A stretch of 64,000 nucleotides of DNA from the human T2T-CHM13v2.0 reference genome, Homo sapiens (GCF_009914755.1 NC_060936.1); one strand, 5' to 3'; positions 19,319 to 32,122 are shown, counted from the first letter of the stretch. The notes: generated by a model from the letters alone, not told the origin. Translations and numbers: made by a program.

Positions 19319-22300
19319 GTCATGTAAAAAAAGATATTTTAAAATGAAAACTATTCATTGTCTACATTCAGCACAAGTTTCAGGGTTATCTGATTCTAGC
19401 CCTGTTCATTGTCTTTGAGTTATTTTATATTTACAGCTCTTCATATGTTGTAGGAACTGATAGACATGAAATTCTGATTGACTCTGCACCTTTAGAAAAA
19501 AAGCAGTTGGACCTCCATTTGCAATTTATTTCAATATTTGTTCACTCTCTATAAATTTGTCCTATTTTAAATGATTTTTCCTTTGAAGTGATTATAACAT
19601 TTGCCTGGTTCCCTCATTGTGTGAGTAGACTAAAATCTTTAATATATATCTACTTTATCGCTGTGAGTCAAGACTTTATCTTTTTTTTGAAAATCATGTT
19701 TTTATATTTAAAATATTTCCAAGAAATGTCAAAATGAAAATTTTAAATTGATTTATTGAACACCTTTGATATACAGCACACTAATATTTTAATCATTTGC
19801 TATTTGGAGTGTTGCAATAGTGATATTAAACTACAAACAATGGCAAGTCGTTCCATGACATCTGACAACTAAGTACTTTAGATAATAATTTATTTATTTT
19901 TTATTATTTTAATACCAATGTGATAATCTCAGGGTAAAGTTTTCTAATGTAAAGGATTGCTCTGTATCTTACATTACATAGTGTCTTGAATATAGTGCTA
20001 CTCTACGATTGTATTTTGAATAAGTGATTAGATAAATGAGTCCAATAAAGAACACAGGCACTGTTTTCTTAAGTGTGTCATTATGTTCTAATGAGTTTAA
20101 AAAATTTCTTAAGGATCTAGTTTCCAGAGACTCAGGAACCAAAAACTACCTCAGCAGGAACTTAACATTTTAAAATGATGTGTTCGAAATGTATCACTTT
20201 AGCTTAAGGTGTGATATAATTTTTTTCTTGCACTTCAGAAATTGCTTAGAATTTTGTTCACTCAGTGTGAGCAAGAGTTAAAAGAAAAAAGCCTTTTATT
20301 TTTAGATAGTAAATTTGGATAAAAAGATACTATGATTTTGGAATATTCCTCCCATATTCTTCAAACTGTTTAGACTCCTTATATCATTTTTTATTGTATT
20401 TTACTTCATTAGTTTATTTCTATTTTCATTTATTTTTGGATGCTGTGGTATTTTCTTGCTGTGATATTAAAGAAGCAGTGGGGAATGAAATTTTTTTAAA
20501 TTTTATTTTTTAAATTTTTTATTTTTTAAATTTTCCCATTCAAAAAGTTACATTTATATTTATGTTTATATTATATAATTTTATGTTGACTATGCTAGCA
20601 AAAGATTACGAGGCCTCTTCCTCTGCATCTCTTTTAGAAATGGTAACAGTTTTTTTTGTCATTTGCAGAATTCCGAAATTTGATTATTGCAATTTGTAGT
20701 ATACAGGGTTACCCAAACAGCCCTCTGGAACACTGTTATTCCTCAAAGAAGCGAGTAGAGGTGGAGTCTTTGTTTATAGTATGCCAATAACTCTAGAAAA
20801 TAATTAAAAATAACTAAAATGGTAGACATTTTATCAATGATGTAATCATTTTATTAAGGAAGTGATCATTTTTATTTCCTATGTTCCTCCATCTTGGCCT
20901 TTTAAAAGCTATTATATATTTTTCCTTCAATTTCCAACCTAGATGTCTTAGATACATCCTAAAATCCATTATATTACATCTATATATCTATACATATAAT
21001 GTATAAACATATACATTATATATCAAGGGTCATTTCCTGTGAGTAACCCTCCTTGGATAGAAACAAGGATTTTCTAAACACTGACTTTCACCATTTTCTG
21101 TAAATTTTAAAAGAAATGTGTACACTTAGTTTCAAATTTTTTTTAGTAACATCTTCATATTTAGATATGTGATTTGGATCTCCATAAGCACTTGCAAATT
21201 CTTTGTTTTTTCATAACAGTGATTTCCCTACATGAGTGATTTTCAAAGGTGTCAGCAATGAGCATTGAATAGGAAGATGTGGGTTCAACAACATAGACCT
21301 GAAAATACATTTGGGGATCAGAGGTGAGATGACAGTTTATGAAAGCAGATAGTCACCAGCCTCTAATGTACCTAAAAGATGAAAGAATGGGATAAAAACA
21401 AGGACCTGCATTGGATAATAGGGTGTTTGAATGAAAATTAAAGGTCAAAACTATTTTCTGAGTTACAAGATATAAAAATCATTATTTTATTGGCATATTC
21501 TTCTTGAATTATTTTAATCATTAACAGAGATAAACAGATTTTTTTGGGGGGTATAGGTAAAAGTGCATGGCTATTTTTACCCATTTCTTATTTAGAATTA
21601 ATAAGAGTTATTATGTTTATGTAAAATGAAACAGAAATGACCACAAACAGAATTACTGGGAAAAAAAATTGCACACTGTTTGGAAACTTGGTGCTCCTTC
21701 GCCTGTGTCATGTTTTGACATAGTTAGCTTTTTGTGCTTTAGAAGAGATCTGTCAATGAAAAATGATATGTCCAAGTGACTTGCTAGTTACCCTTACAAA
21801 GGTAAAAATGAAGAACTGCCATTCATTGCACTTTTGATTTGCTTTGTAGCTGTGAAGGAATATTGTGCTGACTTATATTCTCTAAATCTTAGAACACCAA
21901 GGATTTCACATTTAAAATAAAGCAAATTGTATCTATACTCTGCTTAAGCATTAAAAGCAAGCAAACAAACAACATACCAAAAGAAACAAAATTTTATAGA
22001 TTTCTCTTAAAAAATTTTGGCTGTGTTTTTGTGGAAGTAGGTGTTGTTGGGCACACCTGATTTCCTGCATTTAAAGATTTTGGGCATGAGGACTGACATT
22101 ACACGATTTTTAATAGACCAAAGAATACTGTAAGCACTTTGGAACTTTAAAAATTGCACCTTGACTAAGTGAGAAGATATTTATATTTTACATACTAGAA
22201 TTTGTAATTTTAAAATTATGTTTACAATTTCCCATTTATTAAGCACACACATTTAAAACATGTATACCATCGTTACTATAAAATAACATTTTGTGTCTAT

Positions 22301-23039
22301 ATACGTGGACAATATTTACTAGGACAGATTTTCTTCTAAGGGTTGAATGTTATAGGGCAGTCACCTTAAATTAGTGAAGCTATGTGAATTGTAGCATAGC
22401 AAAAACTGTAGAGGTTTAACTGAAAAAAATCTAGTTCTCACTTAGAGGGAAATAATATGCTCTCTTTTCTTTCACAGATGCTATTCATTTGTTTTCTCAT
22501 TTTATATTAAAAATTGGATTTGGGTTATGAAACACTTAGTAAACATAGTATCAAATTCAACAACTTTCTGAAAATTCCTCTGATGCCTCATAAATTGATA
22601 GTGCCTATGAATTGTAAGCACTTTACATTCAACTTTTCATATGTCTTATTGGTCTGATTAGCAGGATGCCAGAAAGGCTTGCATCTCCAAATTTTGTGTT
22701 TATTGGTCTGTTGCTGATTGTTGAGTTTTTTTTTTTTTTTTCCCCCCACAAAAGCTAGTTGGCCCCTATTAGTCTTTACTTTGAAGCTGGATCTTTTCCT
22801 ATCCTATTAACTCAGAGCATGCTTTGATTGGGGGTTAACGTGACTCCTGGGGGTTGATTATTTCAATTAGGTAGGATATTGAAACAAAAGTCTTTAGAAG
22901 TATATTTTTAAGCAGGTATAGTTATTTTTTTATTTTTTCTTTGTTGTATTTAAAAATAACACACCTGAATCTGCTATTTAAGAACTAGAGTGTTAACCAA
23001 TTTCATAATTTTTCTTCTATCCTATCCCTTTGCCTTTGT

Positions 23040-26000
23040 CCCTAGAGGAACCACTGTCCTCCATTTTATGTTAGCATTTCCTTGATTTTGTAAAAAAAAA
23101 AAAACAAAACAACAACAACAACAAAAAATTGTGTGTGCTTGTGTGCACATATATATATATATAAGAGCTTTGCTTGTTTATGTGCTTTATAAAAATGGGT
23201 TCATACTGTTTGAAATCTTCAGGATTTATATTTTTAACCCAAATTTTGTCTCTAAGATTCAGTCATGTTGTTTCATATATCTGTAGTTTCTTTATTTTCA
23301 CTGATAAATAATTGATTATGCCACAACTCAGGTACCCATCTTATGTCAGTATTTAGGTTGTTGCCACTTGTTTGCTGTTATGAACAGTAACTGGTGGAAA
23401 CTTTCTGATATATATTTTTAGTGGTAGCAAGTCTTTCTTTATTTAGCAGTTTTGCCTAGGGAAGGATTTTGTGGAGACCAAGTTATTTTTCCTCTGGTGA
23501 GTAATTCTTGAGATGTGTTGTTTCTTTTTTATTATATAATTTCCCCTTTGCTGTTTCCTCTTTACTTTTATTGTGACTTACAGAAAACCTTGAAGAAATG
23601 GACAAATAATTCCCATATATCCTTCATTCATTTTCTTCAAAGGTTAACATTTTACCACATTTGCTTTATCATTTTCTTCCCTTTCCTTCTCATTTTTCTT
23701 ATTCTCCTCAGTATTTATTTAGTGTTCTTTTTGTTCTTACACTGAGGACATTCAATCAAAATACTATGTCCCAAAGTAACTTGGGTTAGTTCTTACCCCT
23801 CCCTCTCTCATACTGTGTTATGTGATCAGATTATTCATTTGCAAGTTCATTTGTTGTTCTTTGTATTCTGTTTTAGGATTTCTCATTCCCCTGCCTGTTG
23901 ATTTCATTTTTCTTTTATTGAGTATGTGAAACATTAACATGGTGCCAAAAGTTGAGAACTGTATTAAAACCTATATTCAGAGAAGAGAGATTTCTTGCCA
24001 TTCATTTATTATCTTTCCACCTCATTCCTGCCGATCTTCCACTATCAGTCCTGTTTGTTTTTGGCTTTATCCTTCATACATTTCCTTTACAGCAAATAAG
24101 TAGATGTATGTATCTTTGTCTTTTCATATATTTAAGGGCCTTTTGTATATTTTCATTTTGGTAAATCGTTCACATCTTTTGCTCATTGTATGGATATTTT
24201 TTATTCCCTCAACCTTTTTTTCCCTCTAGGTTTTAAATGTTCTTTATTTATTAGGAATATTGGCCCTTATCTGTGATACATGTTATACATATTATTGTTT
24301 TCCCCAGGTTTTAAATGTTCTTTATTTATTAGGAATATTGGCCCTTATCTGTGATACATGTTATACATATTAGTTTTTTTTCTAAGTTGTTAGTTGGTTT
24401 TTATATTTGTTTTGACAGAAAAAACGTTTAATATATTATATGATGAAATTAGTCAGTCTTTCCTTGTGTTGTATCTATAATCAAGCCATAGTTAGAATGC
24501 CCTTTCTTATGTCTAAGGTAAAGAAGAACTCACTCATGTTTTCTCCTAGGGTATATGATCTCATTATTAGACTGTTTAGATCCCTGATCCTCTTTGGAGT
24601 TTCTTTTTGTGTATGATATGATATAAGGGTTTAATTTTATTTAATACTTTTTTCCAAACAACTAATCAATTGTTCTATCACTATTTATTAACAAGCCCAT
24701 CTTTGACTCAGTGATTTGAAATGCTGCTTTTATCACATACTTGCTTCACACATACTTGGATCTATTTTTGGACTTTCTGATGTGTTCTTCTGATCTGTTA
24801 ATTGCTGTGCCAAATAATATACCATCTTATTTATAGAGATTGTATAACATAATTTAATACAGCAAATTTTGATAAATAGTAGTATGTTTTAATATAGTTT
24901 AATTTAGTATATTTTAATAAGAGGGAATGGTATTCCTCATATAGCTTTTCTCTTTTAGGGTTGTTCTGTTCTCTCAAGCTCACTTTTTTAATGTCACATT
25001 TAATGCCCATTTATCTAACTTCATTATAAAAAACTTATTGGGATTGTATTAAGCCTATACATTAATTAAGAGAGGACTGGGATTTTTATGATATTTAGAT
25101 GTTCTATCCTATTACAAGAGATATCTTTACCTTTGTTTAGGTCTATTTCTTTGTCTTTCAGGAGTGTTTTAAAGTTTTCCTCACATTTCTTGCTAAATTT
25201 ATTCTTAAGTACTGTATTGTGTCTTTGTTGCAGTGAAAAATACTTATTTTCTTTACCATTACATTCTCTAAATGGTTATTGTTTTTACATATGAATTATA
25301 TTGGTTTCTGCTGGTCAAGTTTATATCCTGCTGCTCTTCTGAATGCTTTTATTATTAGAGTTAATTTTATATGTATTCTCATGATAGAAACATGAAATTA
25401 TTTTCACCTTTTTTCTTTTTTTATGGTGCTATTTCATTTCTCTTGTTGACTTGCATTGATTTGTGCCTTTAGTACAATGTTTAAAGATAGAGAGTTAGTA
25501 GGCATCCTTTTCTTATTCCTCATCTTTACGGAAACACCTTTAATCTTTTCCCATTAGTTAAGTTGCTGCCTTTAGGGCTGAGGTTTATACATTTTATTTT
25601 CTTAAAAAGCGTCCATCAGTTTCTATTTTCTGATTGTTTTTAACTGAAATGGGTGTTCAGTTTTATCACGGGCATTTCCAGAGTCTGGAGATAATCATAT
25701 AATTTTTTTTAAAATTCTGTTATTATGGAGTATTATATTAATGAATTCTTTAATAGGTAACCAGTCTTGCATTCCTGGAGTAAGTTCTATTGGTTCATTA
25801 CATATCATTTTAATATGGTGCTGGATTCATTTTTTTAATATTTTATTTAGAACTTATACTTCATTATAAGTGATACTCTAATCTGAAAATCTTGAATTTT
25901 TCTGATTTTTAATGTCTTTATAAGGTGTTACTATTAATGTTATGTTAATTGTAGTGTTAATGAAATTTTCCTTCATTTTCAGTGTTCTTCTCAATTTTTG

Positions 26001-26590
26001 AATATTGGGTTTGTATAATGTTTGAATTTTTGGTAGAAATCCTCTTGAAATAATCTGAGCCTGATGCTTTCTTTGTTGGGTAGTTGCCTATTTTTTTCAC
26101 AGAAAATTTATTTTTAAAAGTTGAAAAAAATATTTAATCAGATCAACTTTTAGAAACTACATTTCTTTAGGAATTTTTTCATTTTTCTAAATGCTTTGAT
26201 TTACTTAGAAGTCTGTAGAAGAGCCTTATTGCTTACTAATTTTTTCTGTTTTGATAGCTATATTCTCCTTGTCATTTAATTTTGTATATTTGAGTTCTTT
26301 CCCTTTTATTGTTAGTTACTATTTTGTTTAATTTTCATTTGAAATTCAGGATTTTGATTAGTTATATGTACCCTTTTTTCTTACTAATCTACTTCAATGA
26401 ATGCAGTATCTTTATTATTTTCCTTATTCTACTTTTTAAATTTTCTTTTTTGTTTCTTTTTTAGTTTGAGCTCGGAATTTAATTCATTGTTTTTTAACTT
26501 CAGGGCTATGAAGTTTGCTTTCTAATCACTGCTTTAAATGTATCCCATATATTGTTATGCAATGGTTTGTCACTATTTCTTAGAAATCTT
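23040..26590 (-). mobile_element. Highly diverged ancient L1 (L1ME/L1MC-type) fragments
   Basis: T-rich L1-antisense motifs (tttagatccctgatcc, ggcatccttttcttattcct, tcttgcattcctgga, tgctggattca, tctgagcctgatgc). Boundaries approximate. Confidence 0.7.
24228..24372. repeat. Tandem duplication, 78-bp period, 67 bp identical
   Basis: aggttttaaatgttc...atacatatta at 24228-24294 and 24306-24372. Confidence 0.97.
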
Positions 26591-26714
26591 ATAGTATCTT
26601 AACAGATAATGAAAAATTAGAATTATATTGTGCTTGGGTGAATAATGGGATAGGTGTGAAAAGATTTCTGGAAAAGCTTGTTTTGAATGTTGCCAACTTA
26701 TAACTTCAATGACA

Positions 26715-28215
26715 ACTTCCATTTACTGAATGTTTAGCATGTATCTGTCACTGAGCTCTAGGTGGTTGGTATGCATTATCTCATTTAAGCTGTATAACAT
26801 CATTTTGAGCTACCTATTATTTCCCCATTTTCACAAGAGCAAACTTTGGCTTAGAAGAGTTATTGTAATTTGCCTAAGGCTGCATAATGCATAAATTGTT
26901 AATGTTTAAATTTGAATCCATTTCTTATGGCTTTTACCTAGACAATAATATTGTGAGGTCACAGAGGTCAGTACCTCTGACGGGGCAGAGTCAGGGAATG
27001 TTAGTAGTATGGTGTGACTGGAGTGAAGTTAGCACTTAGTGGTATCATTTCTGGCTTGAGCAAATGGTTTTTTGATGTATTATTAACTGAGATGGAAAAC
27101 ATGAAGCAAAGCAGGTTTATTTAAGATGATGGGCAAGCTTGGTATACCTGTTGGACAACTGAATGAAACTATCTGGTAGTAAGGTGAGTATATAGATCTA
27201 GATTTCTGCAGAGTGATTTATACTGGAGATGTATTGGGTATCATTAGCTTAGAGGTGGTAATTTGAAGAGTGGGTTTTGAAAGTGGTAATCTGGAATATT
27301 CAGTACAGTGAGAAGATCAGAAGAGATATGAAATAATGAAACTTGTGGTTTATTGGAGAAAGAGCCTGAAAAGGAATCAAGGAAATGGTAGTCAAAGTGT
27401 TAGGTAGAAATATAGGAGATCATGTGTAACAGGCACCAAAGGAGGAGTTTTAAGAAAAATGGAGGGTCATTATCATTCTCTGGAGAACTAAAGAAAGATA
27501 AGATCAGAAGTGTTTATTTGATTTAATAGTATCTGATACAACAAGTAGTATCTTAAATAACAGATCCAGTGGAGTTATGAAGATTGGGTCGAGGAAGAAG
27601 AAAATGGAGACGGGTTATGAACTGTTGAAGAATTTTTGTTATGAAGAGAAAGGGTCATAGTATGGTACTAGCTAGTATGTGATTCAGAGTACCTTCATTC
27701 CCTCTCTCTGCTGTCCTCCTTCAACCTCTCCCTTTCATCTCTTTCTTTTTCTCTTTTCTTTCTTACTCGCTCCCACTCTTCCTGTTTTCTACCTACTTTC
27801 CCTCCTTTCTCCCTAACATGATACACTTGAACATTTAATGTTACAGGATGAGAATTTAACTTGGGACAGCATGACATCTTATCTTATGCCTATAAATATG
27901 AGTAACATAAATAAATATTAAAATAGGTGTTAGATCAGAATGAAACTGTTAATAGTTTCTTGAATACAGGATCACAGCCACATATATACCTTTAAACATA
28001 CTTGCTCAATAAATTTTAATGATAATCTTTGAAATAATAAAATATCAACACTTTACTAAATGCTTTACATGTTTTCCACAATTTCAACCTTATCAGCAAC
28101 ATCTCTGCCCATTTTATAGATGAGAAAACTGAAGCACAGAGAAGTTAAGTAACTTGTCCATTGTTCTATACCTGGTATGGCAGTGTGGTTCTAGAGTCTA
28201 TGCTCTTAATCACAA
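26715..28215 (-). mobile_element. MIR (~26715-26930), L2 (~26960-27660), CT-rich tract (~27696-27815), MIR (~28045-28215)
   Basis: cccattttatagatgagaaaactgaagcacagagaagttaagtaacttgtcc MIR core; purine-rich L2 antisense motifs. Confidence 0.65.
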
Positions 28216-28468
28216 GGCTGTATTCCTTCTCACTCCACTGTACTAGTTATTTTCATGCCTTTAAAAATTCATTAGTAATATTTTTGTTGTAAATTATGAT
28301 ACAGAATTAGAAGTGGGAATATTTTGACATTTTGAAGAACTCTCACTATTCTACTTGTATAGAATAGTGAAGATTAGAAAAAAAATAATTTCCGAAGTAG
28401 GGATACCAAGTACAAACATCAATTAAAATTTCACTTTTCTGTATTTGAGTTAAAGAATTGAAATGCTT

Positions 28469-28825
<357 letters not shown>

Positions 28826-28998
28826 TTAATTATATAGTATGGCACATAATATGTCAAAAATGCAATATTGCTAAAAATGCAATATTGCTACATAATAAAA
28901 GTGTGTATAAGATAATTGAATTCTTAGAATATCAATCACAAATTGATGTATTTGTTATTTTGTTTATATCTAATGGCCTTATAAATGTCTTTCTTCAG

Positions 28999-29084
28999 GG
29001 AAACATGCAATTTTCATTGTGAGCTGCCTTCCAGAGTTTATGGTAGAACTTCACTGACGTTGCTGATGCCAATGTGGAATAAAG
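28999..29084 (+). CDS. CCDC91: Candidate alternative CCDC91 exon; ATG at 29066 encodes alternative N-terminus MPMWNK, spliced in phase 1 to the 30022 exon
   Basis: Acceptor tctttcttcag|GG; ATG CCA ATG TGG AAT AAA G|gtcttt leaves one G that completes G|TA (Val) of the next exon. The donor is weak. I recall an MPMWNK-starting isoform but cannot verify it here. Confidence 0.6.
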
Positions 29085-30021
29085 GTCTTTATAGTTTAGA
29101 AAGTTAAAATGTATAAATGGGCTGCACCAAAAAGTGACTCACTTTCCTTAAATTTTAAAATACATAATACAAACTTATTTGAATTTTTAGAAAGAACACT
29201 GGAAAATCAAGTAATATATGTACGACATGTTTATCTTGCTTGTATCCGTACTTTTGTCCTATGTCATACTTGATATTTGGATTCCCTTTCAGGACCTTTA
29301 TATTTGAGCTCTAATCACAATCTATTTTTCTTAAAGCTAATTGAAAAAGAAAAGAAAAGTTATTATTTTTCTGTATGGACAATTCAGCAAACTTAAACTG
29401 ACTTTATTTTAGCATGAAAAACCTTTTGTTTGTTACAAAAGAGACTTTAATGCAGATATTGTTGGATTAGTTGTTTCAAAGTAATTGTTCTTTCCCCTTA
29501 CTTATTTTATTGTAATAAATATTAATTGGTTGACTTGCCTACCGAGTCATAAAGCCATTGAGTACATGGGTGCATCTGTATTGCTCACTGCTGTCTCTTC
29601 AGTCCCTAATGCCTGTGACTGGCACTGGTAGGTACTCTAGCGCTTTTTAAAAAAATTAAATGGATTTTTCTGAATGAAATGTATGAATATATAATATATA
29701 TATATGAGTATTTTCTCTATGTTGGAAATGTACTCCTTATGGCACTGTGTTGGTATGTAAACACTAAGACTTTATAAAACTATTTTGTTTGCCTGGATCT
29801 TACATGGAAGTGTCATGTTAAATTAAAAACACTAGTTTTAGCTTTCACAGATTGGGCCCTGAGGAATAGTCATAGAATCCTGATTTTTCACTCTCATTGC
29901 TTTTACTTTCCTTACTTTTTTCTTTTCCTCTATTTCAGCTCTCTTTCTTCCTTTCAACCTGTTCCCTCTCTGTTTTCTCTTTAATAATCCTATCCTTTTT
30001 GTTGTTGTTGTTTTTCTTTAG

Positions 30022-30179
30022 TATCTGGAGTCCATCTTTCACCATCTTCTCCTGAGATTGTACTGGACCGTGACCACTCTTCTTCCATTGGCTGCCTCTC
30101 TTCTGATGCCATTATTTCATCACCAGAGAATACACATGCAGCAAATAGCATTGTGAGTCAAACTATTCCAAAAGCACAG
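30022..30179 (+). CDS. CCDC91: CCDC91 coding exon (probably exon 4), 158 nt, phase 1 to 0
   Basis: Long polypyrimidine tract ending ttctttag|TATCTG; donor CAG|gtaaag. Translates (V)SGVHLSPSSPEIVLDRDHSSSIGCLSSDAIISSPENTHAANSIVSQTIPKAQ, which I recognise as CCDC91/p56. Confidence 0.97.
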
Positions 30180-31114
30180 GTAAAGACAAACATATTTTTA
30201 AAGGAGGTTTGCATATTTAAAAAATTGCCTGCTAATTTAATTGTTGCTTTTTTAATTTCTTTTTTAGCCTATTTGTCTAAAAGAAGTATTTCTGCAATAG
30301 ATATTCTAATTTTGAGGCTAATACTTAGAATTCAAAAAAACTATATAATATGTTTGTGTCGTGGCACAATTGCAAAGTATTTAAGTAGCCTTAGTTACCA
30401 AAGTATGATTTGAGTATCTCATTTATTAAACTTTACTTGGCTTTGCATTTCAAATCTTGAACTTGAAAAGGGAAAATAATACAAAGAAGAATAAGTATTT
30501 CTCTTTTCAGCGAATCTTACCGCACATTTTCAGGTATTCAAGCAACTATTTCAATTTTAGAGTAAAAACCAAAAATATAGCAGTTATAAGGTTTATTCAT
30601 TCAAATATTTTTTAAAGCAAGAATTTATGCTAGCTGCTGAAGGTAGTCCCAATTTCTAAAGTGCTGTACACAATTTTGAGTCACCTGTTAATTTTGCGAG
30701 ACAGTGGTGATCAATAGAGGTCATTGATAAATTTCAGAGTTTGATTTACAGTTTAAAATATAAACAAATTCTAGGTCTGTGTGTAAATTTAAGAACTGTT
30801 AACAACCAGATATGTCTATCCTTATTCATACATTTTCAAGCACAGGAAAAAGTTAAGTCTTTTAGTGCATTGGTAGCAAAATAATGAATACTTTAGATTT
30901 CAAAATTAAGAGGAAATTTTGTTTCTTACAGCAAAGATCGGGTTGTTGTAAAAGTTTGAGGTCTTCTCTTGATTTACTTAAAGGGTGAAATAATTTCGGA
31001 ACCTTTTCAACAACTTAATTTCCAAATGTGGTTTCTAGTGCCCTTTGGATGTTTTCATTATTGGTATAGTGTAAACTTTCCTCTCTTGTGTATTTTTTTT
31101 TTTATGTGGTTTAG

Positions 31115-31318
31115 ATTCAGCAATCAACACACACTCATCTGGATATCTCACTTTTTCCATTGGGTTTAACTGATGAAAAAAGTAATGGAACAATTGCCCT
31201 TGTGGATGATTCTGAGGATCCTGGAGCCAATGTATCTAACATACAGCTTCAGCAAAAAATTTCAAGTCTGGAGATTAAACTCAAAGTATCTGAAGAAGAA
31301 AAACAGAGAATTAAACAG
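31115..31318 (+). CDS. CCDC91: CCDC91 coding exon (probably exon 5), 204 nt, phase 0 to 0
   Basis: tttag|ATTCAG ... AAACAG|gtatat; translates IQQSTHTHLDISLFPLGLTDEKSNGTIALVDDSEDPGANVSNIQLQQKISSLEIKLKVSEEEKQRIKQ, in frame with the previous exon; overlaps ORF 31160..31363. Confidence 0.97.
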
Positions 31319-32017
31319 GTATATTTACATTTGCCTAAGAAATGTTTGAATTGCAAATATTAGAAATTTGATATAATCTCAAACTCTGATTAAAAACTCA
31401 TCAGAGGAAGAAGATACTTTTCTCCCTTGGTTGTAGGTTTAAAGCAGTCATGAGCTTATCACTTAGAAAAGCCTTTGATAAGAAATATATTTTACATATG
31501 TACTTTTAAAGATATGAACATCGTTTACTAGGTTTTTTCTAACTATTGCTTTCTTTTTTGGTTTATTTTTATTTACTTTGAAAGCAGGTAGTATTGTGTT
31601 TCTTATGAGGAGGTGAAATTTTGCGACATCAACTTTTCCCTATGGGAAGTTAGGCATTACAGGATATTTGACAAGAGTACTTAGGTATACAGCCATTTTA
31701 GTAAATTCTTTACTTATGCTTTCTTCCCTGTGAATATATAGCAAATTTATAGAAAGTGTATGTAGAGGTAGATTATGTTGATGAAATTAGTTGAGATGCT
31801 CATATTCATTTGTTGGAATGAGTAAATGTTGTGTCCATGTTTGATATTGGCCTAGAAATTAGAGTGAAGCATATAATTTATAATATTGTTAGATTTTAAG
31901 CCGTACTTCCCATGGATTCTTTCTCTGACAAATGTTTTCTGACATGTTCATTGAAAAAACTAATTATATTTTATGCCATTAAATATTACAAAGCTTGTAT
32001 TTGTATTTTTATTTTAG

Positions 32018-32122
32018 GATGTGGAATCATTGATGGAAAAGCATAATGTCTTAGAAAAAGGCTTTCTAAAAGAAAAAGAGCAAGAGGCCATTTCTTTTCA
32101 AGATAGATACAAAGAACTTCAG
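32018..32122 (+). CDS. CCDC91: CCDC91 coding exon (probably exon 6), 105 nt, phase 0 to 0, coiled coil
   Basis: attttag|GATGTG ... CTTCAG|gtaagg; translates DVESLMEKHNVLEKGFLKEKEQEAISFQDRYKELQ. The next expected exon (EKHKQELEDM...) is not found in the window. Confidence 0.97.

Noticed and set aside
20669-20760. Possible cryptic exon (tttgcag|AATTCC...GAG|gtggag)
   Set aside because: Good acceptor but poor donor and no other support.
30153-30413. 86-aa ORF starting SQTIPKAQ
   Set aside because: End of a CCDC91 exon read through into the intron; likewise the tail of ORF 31160..31363.
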